A stretch of DNA of 63,965 bases, filler included, from Octopus bimaculoides (lineage: Eukaryota), in the NCBI RefSeq assembly GCF_001194135.2. It is 4 parts of 4 records of this genome, joined end to end, with 100 filler letters (N's around TTAATTAATTAA, not from the genome) between each part and the next. Parts side by side here need not be neighbours in the genome. Positions count along the whole stretch, not along the records: positions 1 to 25,522 come from NC_068994.1; 3 more parts are not named here. One strand, written 5' to 3'. The translations under genes were made by a program, and so were the position numbers. Each line of letters begins with the position of its first letter. The stretch's first letter is position 1. Positions 11,801 to 24,469 of the stretch are shown here, piece by piece. The notes under the pieces are model-generated. The model made no database searches. It saw nothing but the letters and a program-made list of their open reading frames with translations, and was not told where the DNA came from.

Positions 11801-14800
11801 AATGTCCAGCGAATATGGTGGGTGGGGCATTGTTTCCCATTCAAACTACTCCAGCCTTTGAAATGTCATCATCACTGTATGTGGCCGAACATTATCCTGA
11901 CGGGAGAAACCAAAGATGGTCGTTTTCTTCTAGCGCTGACTTAAGCTGCTCAAGCTGCTCACAGTAGATCTCCTTTGTTATCATTTGGTTTGGGTTTAAA
12001 AGTTCAAAGTGGACTAAACCTTTTATATCTCACCAAACAGATAACATCACCTTACGTGGGTGAAGACCTTCTTTAGCCTGGGGTGCCAGTGTTTCTCCTC
12101 TCCCTACCCACTGTCTTCGGCCCTGGACATTTTTATAGAGAACCCATTTCTTGTTACCAGTCACTATTCAGTCCAAAAAAGATTTGTATATGAGATGTGA
12201 CAGCAAAGAAGAGCACACATGCACTCTCTGTGCACAATTAGACTCAGAAAGTTTGTGAGGAACCCATTGACCCAATTTGCTGACTTTTCCAGTGGCACAC
12301 AGGTGTCAATGAATGGTTGAATGACTAAATCCAAGCTTCTCTACTAGTTCTTCAACAGTTACGATGGGATTTTGTTCCACCAGGGTTTGCAGGATGTCCT
12401 CATTGAGATCTACAGATCTTGCAGGAAGAGGCTCATCTTCTAGGCTGTAGTTTCCAGTTGGGAATTTCTTGAATCACCGTTGACACTGGCTTACACTTAT
12501 TGTCCGATTCCCATATACTGCATTAATATTCCTCAAACTTTCTATTGTGTTGTTGCTTTTATTGAACTCGTAAAGCAAAATATGCCGAATATGCTCCTTT
12601 GTCACTTCCATTAGAGCTTTGGAAAAACAACTGTTAAAATCGAACTGTACTCTTCAAAACTTGCACTAAAAATAAGAACAAAGTACAATTACTTCCTGCT
12701 TTTATAGCAAGTTGATGCAGGTAGTTTATCCCATCTCCCTCCAACTTTTAGTTCATGCAATTGAAAAAAACCACATTATTTATGGGATGACCCAATACTT
12801 CTGAAGATTTAACTGGTAACTTGTGCAAACAGTTCTACTTTGTTATTAAGTGATTGTTGGTAGGTAAGGTAACTAAGTTGTGAGTTTTACCAATATTTTC
12901 TCAATTTTTATACAGTTACGTAAATTTGAAGCATATTCATATTAACAAAGAAAATTGAACATGAAAATATACACACATACATGCATGAGTGTGTGTGTGT
13001 AGTCCAATGATGGCTTAGCTGGCCAAAATTTGAAGTCACTGTCAACAGCATTCTTGTATAAGATTAATGAATTTATTGTCATATTTCAATGATGGTCATT
13101 TTTTATTTTATTTGTCAAAAAGACACACACACACTATATATTCATTCTTCACTTCAGATTTATTATTGTTCTTGTTTTATGTTCTTTGTTTGGAAATCTT
13201 TTGCCACACATCCTGTGACGTTTTCAGCAACTCTTCATGTGTGGGGTGGAGAGTCACTGAAGAGGTCACGATCATACAATCATGAACTGAATACTCTAAC
13301 CACTAAACCACACGGTCATTCTAATAATCCCAAGGTTGTATACCAGATCAAAAAAATTGGTTTCAGAGAAACATAAGATTGATACATAATTCTATGAAAA
13401 ATTGCATGTATCAAAAATATAGAAACGGAATAGCTTGATATCTTGTATAATTCTAATTTATTTAAATTTCATCTAGACCTCAGTCAATTCAGAATGGCTC
13501 CTATCAGCTACGGCCACTTGAGAAGAAATTTGTCCGTTGTTCTATCCGTGTATTAGTGTCACAGGTCAAAGGTCTTTTGCGGAAAAAACTCTCCTTGCCT
13601 GAATATTTGGATGTAAGTTAACTATTTTTATTATAAATACATTTATAAAAGTGAACTTTATCTGATTTTTTTTTGTCTCAGAGAGAAATCTAACGAGGCA
13701 ATCTTTGAATCCTGGTTGCTTGGAAGGAGCAAACAACAAATAACAAGACTTAAATGTTCTCATTTGTTATTATTCTTACATGTGTGTGTGTATAAATATA
13801 TATATTTACATCTCTGAGTGGTTGGCGTTAGGAAGGGCATCCAGCTGTAGAAACTCTGCCAAATTAGATTGGAGCCTGGTGTAGCCATCCGGTTGCACCA
13901 GTCCTCAGTCAAATCGTCCAACCCATGCTAGCATGGAAAGCGGACGTTAAACGATGATGATGATGATGATGATGATGATACACACACACATATATACATT
14001 TGTTTAATCCCATTGATATTTCTCATTATTATAAATTTAACTTTGATATCAACCCACCTGATACTTCCTGTACTAAAGTGGTCGTATTAAAGGAGATCAG
14101 TTTACATGATGCTGTCTGTACTGTATTCATTAATTTTTTTTGATCTTTTTTAAAACGGGGGCCACATTTTTCATTAATGAAACACTTTGAAACTTGGAAC
14201 ACTGGTAGAATGTGTCATATAAAACATCTTTTTCTCTTAGTCTTCTTTAAAAAAAAAAGAAATCCATAAATTATTCCATGTTAAAGTTGTTGTATTTCTG
14301 TAATTTCAACCAATCACTGACGTCCATTCAGCCGATATACATTAAGTGCCGACTACATAAACAAACGATTCTGAAACAATTAACCCTAACCCTAACCCTA
14401 ACTCTAACCCTAACCCTAACCCTAACTCTAACCCTAACCCTAACCCTAACCCTAACACTAGGGTTAGGGTTAGGGTTAAAGCAAATTTAAAATGAAAAAA
14501 GCAAATAAAATGAAGAATCGTTTGTTTATGTAGTCGGCACTTAATGTATATCGGCTGAATGGACGTCAGTGATTGGTTGAAATTATCGAAATAAGACAAT
14601 TTTTTACATGAAATAAATTCGAATCCAAAAATATTTTTCTGTTCTATAACACAAAATAGATAAGTATACGAAGTTTGAAAGTCTTTCGGTACCAAAAACA
14701 CTACGTAAAACATTAATGAAAAATGTGGCCCCCGTTTTAAAAAAGATCCATTTTTTTTTAACTGCCTGCTCAATGTATTTTACTTTATTAACTGTTAACA

Positions 14801-17443
14801 GCTATCTTTTCTGCTTAGTTTACTACTCGTAACAATATGTACATATAGTGTATACTTTAATGACTCTTAAACATCTTTTATCATTTATTTTACTTGATAT
14901 CCAACTTATCTCTTCTACATATATTACTATTAACCTTTTAAAAGTTAAATTTATTATTGTACAGTTTACTGACCATCAGCTGGTTGCTTTTGTGTATATT
15001 AAAAATTTGTATGTTTTCTGTATATACTGTATGTTCAGCCTTCAAATTTTTCTATCCAAAAGTGTTTTTCAACACAATATTTACAAGCTGTTATCTATAG
15101 CTTTTTATGTACTTTGAGATCCTGTTCCAAAAGAGAATTATTTCATTGTATATTTTGTTAACCCTTAATATATATTCCTTCTGTATGTCTTAATGTCTAG
15201 TTGGATGTATTATGTCAAGAGGAAAAGTTAATGGAAGAGATGAGCATGAAGCAATTGTTTCTGATGCATTGGTTTCAGAAGGTATGTAAAACTTAAACCA
15301 GATTCTTGATAAACCAACCAACAAAAGTTTATAATTACATAATCACCAACTTTACCATTACTTAACAATCATAAATTTCATATAATATTTGTTACTTGAT
15401 CTTAAAAGTCCTCCAATTTAGTATTTCTAGGCAAAATGGCTTAAAGGATTACGCTTTGTTGGATTCTTGACTCATCAGTCCTGAGTTCAAATACACTGCA
15501 GGTGTTTTATTGTGCATTTTGGGTAGGGCGCATAAACAAACTTTTGTTATTTCAGTTTGTCTAGCTGTGAGAGGAATGAGCATTTCTGAAAATTTATCTG
15601 TCATATCTTGGGCAAAAAAATGTTTGCTCAATAAAATGCTATGAAACTTTGTATCAACCAGTAGCCCCTTGTGTTGGCTGAGTAAATGCAGAATTGAGTA
15701 ACCTGCTAAAAGGGAATCAGCTCTTGTTCACTAGAGATATTTCCATTGCATTTATGGGAGGGATACTTTATGTTGCCTTAGTTCACCTGTCAGGAATATA
15801 TATCAGATTCAAGATCTTTTCTATCTCCTTCTCTGCAATTTTTTTTCTGAAGAAATCATCATCATCATCATCATCATCATTCAGGTGGTGAGCTGGCAGA
15901 ATTGTTAGATGCTGGACTAGCAGCATTTATTCTAGTTTTATTTTCTGAATTCAGATCCTACTGACATTAACTTTGCCTTTCATCTTTATGGGGTTGATAA
16001 AATATGTACCAGTTGAACACTGGGGTTGATGTTATTGACTAGCCCCCTTCTCCAAAAAGAAAAATTTCAGGCCTTGTGCCTATAGTAGAAAGAATTATAA
16101 AGGAAAATAAGGGTGGAGAGGGAAGTGTTGTCTTCTAACCAGTTTGCTGAAAGGTGAATGAAAATGGCGAGAATGGTGCAAATGAACAGGCCTGCCTTGA
16201 GCATGTGCCTGTAGTTGGAGAGAAGAAAATAAAAAGGCATCTGCCTCAAAGGTCCCTGGTTTTTATGGGGTTTTTCTGTGAGCAACCCTCGAATATCTAC
16301 CTGTTTTTGAGGATTACTTGTTGAATTTTAACAAAGATGTTAATCTTTGTTTACATGCAAAACCCTCATACATACACACATATGCACATACATTTTTTTT
16401 GTTTTGTCCTGTACTGTCCATAATGTTTTTTATTGTAAACCCTTTGTGATTAATAAAGAAATCATTATTATTATTGATGCTGGCCTTGAGCCTAAATTTG
16501 AAATATTTATTATTATTCCTGAGCAAAACAGCTCACCCTACTTGTTTCATTATACCTAACTGAATAAAAAAAGGAAATCTCACCTCTACTTTATAGCTAA
16601 GAAGTCGTAGGAAAGCATTTCAGCTATACAATCAATTGTTTTAACAAAAATCCAGTCCATTTATACAAGCATCACAGAAGTGATGGTAAAACATCCTACT
16701 TTATATTATATTTTGAGTTCAAATCCCACTATGGTCAATTTTGCTTATCAATCTTCCAGAGTGATAGTAAATTTGTACCAAGTGTGGCTGCATACCTAAA
16801 ATTTTATTTTTATTGTCCTGGGTTCACTCACACTATACAGTACCTTAGTCATGTGTTTTATCCTCAAACCAAACTGATTGCCAAACCCAATTTATGGCCT
16901 AGTGCCTACATCAAAAATCAATAGTGATACAAGTTTATATTTGCTACAATTGATGTAAGTAAATCAAAACTACTTTTCTTCATTAGCTTTCTGTTTCATC
17001 AAAAACACCCAACAAATATGAAAGGATACTGCAATTAACATCATTTGGTTGATGCTGGGTTAATTTGAAGAAATGTTTTTACTGATACGTCTGTAGAAAG
17101 TAGTACAATGAAGTGTATGAGAGAGAGAGAAAGAGAGACTCTGTCTTGCAATGTTAAAAAATGCTTCCTGTAGTTGAAATCTTCAATAATAAAAGAAATC
17201 TAAAAACCACATTTTGATAAAAATATATTAAAATTAGAATTTGTAAGAATTTTCATGACTGTAGACTTTAATAATTGTTTTCTTTTAGTAAAAATTACAT
17301 ACTCCCAACTAATTTATAAGTAACTTTCATCATTATAGTATAAAGATTATAGTTATTTATTGTTTCTTCTGCAGGATTCCCCCATGGTATTATTTTATCG
17401 GTTAAAACAACGTTACAATACATCTACTGAATGCAGCTCGTGA
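5707..17443 (+). CDS. PCGF1: Polycomb group RING finger protein 1 (PCGF1/NSPc1 orthologue), 7 coding exons: 5707-5809, 9143-9295, 9577-9639, 10665-10767, 13477-13612, 15201-15281, 17375-17443
   Basis: All introns are GT-AG with compatible phases (1,1,1,2,0,0); the exons total 708 nt = 235 aa + TGA. Translation: [101 protein letters not shown]...[17 protein letters not shown]...[24 protein letters not shown]...[49 protein letters not shown]. It has a C3HC4 RING and a RAWUL domain. [33 protein letters not shown], KIHETQPL, EFYxSRGL and YRxDEQ match human PCGF1 as recalled, better than PCGF3/5 or BMI1. Confidence 0.95.
6740..8140 (-). mobile_element. Degenerate hAT-superfamily transposase of the CGGBP1-like type, in a PCGF1 intron
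   Basis: Frameshifted ORFs give [55 protein letters not shown] and [15 protein letters not shown], corresponding to hAT catalytic D, D, CxxH and C-terminal motifs. Confidence 0.7.
9143..9295 (+). CDS. PCGF1: PCGF1 coding exon 2 (RING C-half)
   Basis: tttcag|TT TGT AAA AGC ... TTT GAA A|gtaagt; [51 protein letters not shown]. Confidence 0.95.
9577..9639 (+). CDS. PCGF1: PCGF1 coding exon 3
   Basis: tttcag|AT GAA GAG ... GAT G|gtaaga; [21 protein letters not shown]. Confidence 0.93.
10665..10767 (+). CDS. PCGF1: PCGF1 coding exon 4
   Basis: ctacag|GA GAT GAA ... TAT GG|gtaagt; [35 protein letters not shown]. Confidence 0.92.
11536..12795 (-). mobile_element. Full-length degenerate mariner (DD34D-type) transposon
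   Basis: ~33-bp TIRs (ttgtgttatcccataaataatgcg / cacattatttatgggatgacccaa) flanked by TA. The transposase starts at 12611 ([16 protein letters not shown]) and contains [17 protein letters not shown] and KVMLSVW; stops and frameshifts are present. Confidence 0.92.
13477..13612 (+). CDS. PCGF1: PCGF1 coding exon 5 (RAWUL)
   Basis: atctag|A CCT CAG ... TTG GAT|gtaagt; [45 protein letters not shown]. Confidence 0.92.
13811..13978 (+). mobile_element. RTE 3'-tail short repeat, young copy
   Basis: tctctgagtggttggcgttaggaagggcatccagc...ggacgttaaacg(atg)n; nearly identical to the reverse complement of 24470-24625. Confidence 0.8.
14141..14749. mobile_element. Non-autonomous DNA transposon with 38-bp TIRs, 72-bp internal inverted repeat and central telomeric repeats
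   Basis: 14142-14179 = revcomp of 14711-14748 (perfect); 14301-14372 = revcomp of 14514-14585 (perfect); flanked by ATTTTTTT on both sides (candidate 8-bp TSD in a T-run). Confidence 0.85.
14381..14478. repeat. Interstitial telomeric-type repeat (TAACCC)13 followed by (GGGTTA)3
   Basis: Read directly; includes TAACTC and TAACAC variant units. Confidence 0.95.
15201..15281 (+). CDS. PCGF1: PCGF1 coding exon 6 (RAWUL)
   Basis: gtctag|TTG GAT ... CAG AAG|gtatgt; [27 protein letters not shown]. Confidence 0.92.
15884..16092 (+). mobile_element. tRNA-derived SINE family B (ggcggcgagctggcagaatcgttag head), CpG-eroded copy
   Basis: Homologous to 26660-26900(-), 43265-43690(+), 53320-53525(+) and 59060-59270(-). 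Confidence 0.75.
17375..17443 (+). CDS. PCGF1: PCGF1 last coding exon
   Basis: ttctgcag|GAT TCC CCC ATG ... TCG TGA; [22 protein letters not shown], matching the PCGF1 C-terminal SPLLLQY motif. Confidence 0.9.
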   Translation, partial: DSPMVLFYRLKQRYNTSTECSS

Positions 17444-17894
17444 AATAGATGAAGCAATTTACAAATGAAATATTAATTGCTAAAGAACATTCCTGCTTGA
17501 TTGTTGGACTACATAAATTACAAATTAGAAACTCATTTTATTTGAGAAAAAAAAAAATGAAAAAAGAGGTAAGGCAAAAATCAAACATAAGTGAAGTGTT
17601 AGACAAAATACCTTATGGTAGTTGGTTAAGTCCCTTCCCTGTATGTTTTGAGCTCAAATCCTGCCGGGGTCAACATTTGCTTTCCTCCTGTCAAGGTTGA
17701 TAAAATAACTATGGTGATTGATAATGACCACAGTTGGAAGACCAAAAGAATGAAGTAAAATGAAAGAAAGAGAAGAAAAAAAAATACCCACAACAATGAG
17801 GAAGAACTTTGTAATAATTATCCAAAGAAATAGATATTCTTCATAATTCAGAGGAAGCAAGTCAGAGGATATATGCGAAATATATATACAAGTT

Positions 17895-17936
<42 letters not shown>

Positions 17937-19136
17937 TGTGTTTCTACTTGTGTATTGGTAAATGTGTGGATATATATATATATATATACATACACACACA
18001 CAAATGATGTGTTGTTTGTATGTATATGCATATGTTAAAATTCAAAAATATACTAAGTCATAAAGAATGAGAAAGAAAACACCATATTGGTTGTGGTGAG
18101 CAGGCTTGCATATTTGGCTGATATTTGAGGTATGTATAGTAGTTCAATCCCCACTTGATGCATTTATCTTTTATTCTCATTAATGATTTTATATTATTGA
18201 TTGTCTTATTTGCATGTATATACTTGTATATAATTCAAAGAACTTTGTTCTTTAATACAACATTCTTCATTTTTTTCATTCATACATGTATCATCTTCAT
18301 ATATCTTGCAACATCTGACTGTTATATAGTGCAAGGGCATACCTGCACACACGTTCACACAGACAAGCATATATAGTGTCTCACAAATGTCTACACACTT
18401 TTTATATCATATTTATATATGATACTATAAAGTGTATATGCATTAAGTAAAATAAATATCTTCTAAAGTGTGTATGAATTCTTCTGAGACATATATTTAA
18501 ATAAATGTTAATGTTTTTAAATTTGTGCAGATAATGAATTAATGTTTTAAAATTTATTACATTTCTTTTGTAACAAATGACTTATTATTTAAGCTTAAGC
18601 TTCTTAATTTTCAATTGCAAGGTTATAAAATCAACTCAGTCCTTGCTACAGCTATCTTGTCATCTTCACAGGCATGGCATATTGGTCTTCTTGCATTAGC
18701 CTGGCTAGCTGGAAAAAAAAATAGTATGTTGCTATTAAATGAATGAGTAGCTCATTTTAGGAAGAACATGAAGTTATGAAAATAGTTATTCAGTCTTACA
18801 ATATTTATATAAATATGCAACTATTCAGAAACATCTTAACATGAAAATAGGGCAAATGGATATCAAAATGCATGCATGTGATTGTGTGTATGTATATGTT
18901 CATGTGAGTGAATCTCTCGCACTCATATATGTGTGTGTGTGTAATATGTATGTACAGACATAATATATCTATTATGGATAGACACACATGAAATAGGCAA
19001 CTAGGCAGCAAAATTCTTATTCATGTTAGCAACATATTTAATCAGTAAGCATGCACAACTCAGCAGGTAGCCAGTGCTAATACTTTATATGCAACAAACA
19101 AGAAGAATGAACTTTATATATGTGTGTATGTATGTA

Positions 19137-19199
<63 letters not shown>

Positions 19200-22100
19200 G
19201 AATGTATTCTGGCCCATGTGAGCATGGAAAAGTGGATGTTAAAATGATGATGGTCTTGATAATAAAAGCAACAAATAGAAAATAATAATGATAAAGTAAA
19301 ATGAATGTGATTCTGTTTTAATATGGAGCCATCTGTAGAACAGAATGACCAACAATTTCTGTAAATGTGCAAATTTGCAAACCACCCTAGAGAAAACAAT
19401 ATGTGTTGAAAAAAATGAAATAAATAAACATTTTAAAAGTTACATGAAGATTTATAAAATCCTCTGTCAGTCATGGAATTAATTTGTCATATATCAGTGT
19501 GACATGTGCCATTATTGGTAAATGTTAATACAGCTGATGTTTAACTTCAGTTTCATGGCTTTGAGCAGATGAAAAAAATGTTTGTCTTGTATAGGACAAA
19601 ACAGCAGATTAGCATTTTAATATGATCTGGTATTTATTTATTCCTATCAAGTAGGATAACTGAGCTGGATAGAATTGTGTGTAAAGCTCAATGAAATTAG
19701 GCCTGCAAATCAGTATTTATAAGCCTGTGGTCTAATACTATATCCACTTGGTCAGCTCTCTTTTCCAAGAATACATGAAGAGAATTTGTGATACTTATAT
19801 GAACTAAATTTGGGTGATTACTGCTGCAGAAAACAAATGGCTCTTATGGGTTTTAGATTTTTGTCCTTTGTCTTTCTCTTATATTTGGTTACTTAGGGGA
19901 AATTTTTGGTGTAGAATTATTTAAAAAGGATAAGATTATATCAGAGAATCTCTTCGATGCAGAAGAAATGTTCCAAGAAATTATATCCAGAAGAATTAAA
20001 ATGTGAGGTTAATCTTAGAATATCAAACTAGAATATTATTTTGACAGAATTATATTTCAGGATTACCTTAAATATAATATTTAATCCCAAAAGAATCATT
20101 GAATTACAATAGAAAATTTTGCTGCCATAGTTCTGAAGACTTTTCTGAGAAATTTATATTGCAGGATCTTTATGTATGAATTATATTGGAGGATTATTCC
20201 AGTATATGGAGGATAGTTAACAGTGAAAGATTAGATTTATTTTGGAAGAGTACACTTAAGATTGATCCAGTCAATAGATGTTATGTAATGAAGGAATAAT
20301 TATCAGATGGGCAGAGGATACTAGGGGACGATATTTAAGGATTAATGTAGTAGATAAATGACACAAAAATACTAAATTCTGGAGGATTAGGTTATGTTTG
20401 GTAAGGTACCGGGAGAATATAGATGAGGATTCACTCAGTAGATAGATGATACTAAATGCTGGTGGATTAGATTATCTTGGATATGGATGTAGGATACTGA
20501 GGAAATAGGCTTGAGGATTATCGTAGAATTACTTTAATAGATTATACTGGAAGATTAATATGGGGAATTCGGGCTGAAAGTTTATTCTTCACAAATTAAG
20601 TTCCAAGAATAACTGAGATCATCCTCAAAGAATTGCAGGCGATTAAGATGATGGAATGTTAGTCTAGGAAAATCATTTTGGGAACTTATTTTTGATGAAA
20701 TATAATTAACTTACACAGTATTTAATATTCTACTATGCTGCTGTTTAATAGAAATTATTCTATTAACACTCAATGAATTTTAAGAAATGTGAACTTTGTA
20801 ATTTCAGTTTTTAGTTGTTTTTTTTTTTNNNNNNNNNNNNNNNNNNNNNNNNNNNNNNNNNNNNNNNNNNNNNNNNNNNNNNNNNNNNNNNNNNNNNNNN
20901 NNNNNNNNNNNNNNNNNNNNNNNNNNNNNNNNNNNNNNNNNNNNNNNNNNNNNNNNNNNNNNNTTTTATTGTTTAAAATGAAAAGATGATTGTTATCATT
21001 TCTATTTTTCAAATCCTATCTTTATAAAGAAAAAAAAAAAATGAACAAAATGTTTATTATTATTTTTATTTATTCAAATTCAAATAGCTTTAAAACTTTT
21101 AATGTTTTATTTCAACATGAATAACAACAACAACAACAACAACAACTACAACAACAGTAATAATAATTTCTTACTAAGGCACAAAGCCACTCATTCAAAG
21201 TAAGAGTAATTGTTGATTGAATCAATCCTTGTACATTACCCGTACCTATTTAAGCAACCTTGTAGAAACGAATGGCAAACTTGTGCCTGACAAAACCAAG
21301 AATATTGAGAGACATTCTTGAAAGCATTTATTCTGGCACTTTACTCCTTCTACCAAATCACTGCCCCATTACTGCTATTAGTAATGGTGATGATAATGAT
21401 GATTGCAAAATTATCAAATGAAATTCAATAAAATAATTATATTTTTGTATGCACATGAAAAAGAAATATTCATATATATATGTATGTGTGTGTTTTAGTA
21501 TATGTATATGCTGTTTTCGTCTATAGAATGAATCAAATATATCAACTGCCATTTTCAGAACTGTCCAATTTAATATTGTATCTCTCCACCTTACCTCACA
21601 CAAGGGGACAAGCATTTTTCTGCAATTTCATTAATTTAGGATTGAGATCATTAAAATGTAATGACTCTGTGTGTGTATGTGTTTGTATATATGTATGAAT
21701 GTATATATATGTGTGTGTTTATATACACATATATTTGTATGTATGTATGTACATATGTATGTATGTTTATGTATATAAATATATATGTATATATGTGTAT
21801 TTATAAACATATGTTTGGTCATAGAATAACCAATGATTTTGCATCTATAAAGAACTTGGTTTTATAGGCAACACATCAGACTCTAATGGCAGAGGGTATA
21901 TAACCTCTCTTCAAACTAACAAGTCTATAAAGCTAAGTGCTTTATGGATGTGAAACCTTGTGTGTGTTTGTGTGTGTGTGTTTGTGCGTGCGTGCATGTG
22001 TGTGTGTGTGTGTTTATATGTATGTATGTATGTATGTACGTAGAAGAAATTTTGTACATTCATTTATTCAAAACTGGAGGTTCATACCATTGCTTCACTC

Positions 22101-22500
22101 ACTTTTCTATTACTGCCATGTTCCTCAACGCAACAGAAACATGATAGTAATATAAAGATTGGAGTAGCGACTTTGTGAAGTCCCAGTTTCAAATAAACTA
22201 ATAAACTCTACAGCCTATGTTAAGTATTTATTTTTCTGATTTATATTTTCAAACTACACACTTATGTATCAATTGTGTATAAGAATAATAGCTTTTCTGT
22301 TTAAATACATTCATGTAATCAAAGATACAATTGAGTTTTATGTTCCATTGCTTGGAATTATATATTGTTCCTTGTCCATCATTTCTAGAATTTGAACACA
22401 ATATGAAATGACCAGTGAAAAGCAAGTAATTCAGAGCAACAACAGCTTATCTATACTTGTTAATCCAAATGCTAGTATGAATCCTGTCATCTTTTCACAT

Positions 22501-22860
22501 GGCACAGCTGTAGCTGTGTGGTAAAAAGTTTGTCTCCCAACTACAGGGTTCTGAGTTCAGTCCCACTGTGTGGAAACCTTGCATAGGTGTATTCTACTAT
22601 AGCCTCAGGTCAACCAAAGGCTTGTGAGTTGATTTGACAAATTGAAACTGAGAGAAGCCCATTGTGTGTGTGTGTGTGTGTGTGCATACTTGTCCCCCAA
22701 CATTACTTGACAACTGGTGTTTACACACTAATACTATATCAGTTCAGTGAAAGTGACCAATAGAATGAGTATTGAGGTTGATTTATTTGACTAAAATTCT
22801 TCAAGGCAGTGCCCCAGCATGGCCACAGTTTAATGATTTAAATAAGTAAAAGATAAAAAA
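22501..22860 (+). mobile_element. tRNA-derived SINE family A (gtaggagtggctgtgtggtaag head), CpG-eroded copy
   Basis: Homologous along its length to the intact copy at 49234-49650. Confidence 0.78.
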
Positions 22861-23784
22861 ATTTTTTTCTCAAACTGAACAATTATTTCTGATAATGGAA
22901 TGTAAAACAGAAAATATTGAATGTGAAAGTAAAGTTTAATACAATTGAACCTTGGATCTTTGATTACATGTGCACATGGAGTGAACCAGGAAGGAGCCTC
23001 TATAATTGTGTGTATAATACATGTTATTGCATGTGTATATCATATATAACATAGTGTATCATATATATATTTAATATATGTATATCATATATATAAGTAC
23101 ATAAATATAAATATGTATGTATGTGTATACATATATATATATGTATGAGTGACGTACATACACTTTTGGTCTCTTGTATATATTACATGGGTATATTATA
23201 CGAAAGTATAGTATAGTATGTATGTATGTATGTATGTATGTATGTATGTATGTATAGATGGATGGATGAATGTATACATATGTATATTATATGTATATTA
23301 CATATTTATAATACAAGTATATTATATACATATATTGTGTGTATGCATAATACATATGTATATTATATTGTGTATATTACACATATGGATATTTTACACA
23401 CACATGTGCATGCACACACACACACATGCACACACACACACACACACACTTGCTTTGAAATTTCAATCTCTTTTCTTATATTTTTTAATGGATTTTAACA
23501 ATATTCTTCTTAGAGTTTAGAAATATTGTGTATTACCTCCATGTAAAGTCACAGTTTATTTTTACACCTTTAAATATATGTTATAATGAATAAAATCATG
23601 TAGATTTGTCATTTTTTAATTTGTATTTCTTTATATTGACTTTTTGAAGCATTTTAAGTCACATGATATTGTTTATTTTCAGCTGGAAGATTTGATAGGT
23701 AGACAATATTATATCCTCAGCAGTACTTTTCATCCTTGTAAAGAAACAGTTACTTGTTAATGGCCTTGTTCACTTCTCTGTCTG

Positions 23785-23854
<70 letters not shown>

Positions 23855-23882
23855 CACACGCACACAAACACACATGTACATA

Positions 23883-24072
23883 GGTGTAGGAGTGGCTGTG
23901 TGGTAAGTAGCTTGCTTACCAACCACATGGTATCGGGTTCAGTCCCACTGCGTGGCACCTTGGGCAAGTGTCTTCTACTATAGCCTCGGGCCGACCAAAG
24001 CCTTGTGAGTGGATTTGGTAGATGGAAACTGAAAGAAGCCCGTCGTATATATGTATATATATGTGTGTGTGT
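23883..24072 (+). mobile_element. SINE family A, young copy cut by a gap
   Basis: Near-identical to 49234-49420; Pol III A/B-box-like head. Confidence 0.85.
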
Positions 24073-24469
24073 NNNNNNNNNNNNNNNNNNNNNNNNNNNN
24101 NNNNNNNNNNNNNNNNNNNNNNNNNNNNNNNNNNNNNNNNNNNNNNNNNNNNNNNNNNNNNNNNNNNNNNNNNNNNNNNNNNNNNNNNNNNNNNNNNNNN
24201 NNNNNNNNNNNNNNNNNNNNNNNNNNNNNNNNNNNNNNNNNNNNNNNNNNNNNNNNNNNNNNNNNNNNNNNNNNNNNNNNNNNNNNNNNNNNNNNNNNNN
24301 NNNNNNNNNNNNNNNNNNNNNNNNNNNNNNNNNNNNNNNNNNNNNNNNNNNNNNNNNNNNNNNNNNNNNNNNNNNNNNNNNNNNNNNNNNNNNNNNNNNN
24401 NNNNNNNNNNNNNNNNNNNNNNNNNNNNNNNNNNNNNNNNNNNNNNNNNNNNNNNNNNTATATATATAT

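Noticed and set aside
14381-14478. Ancestral telomere-telomere fusion site
   Set aside because: The orientation is (CCCTAA)n then (TTAGGG)n, opposite to a fusion, and the tract is embedded in a TIR element.
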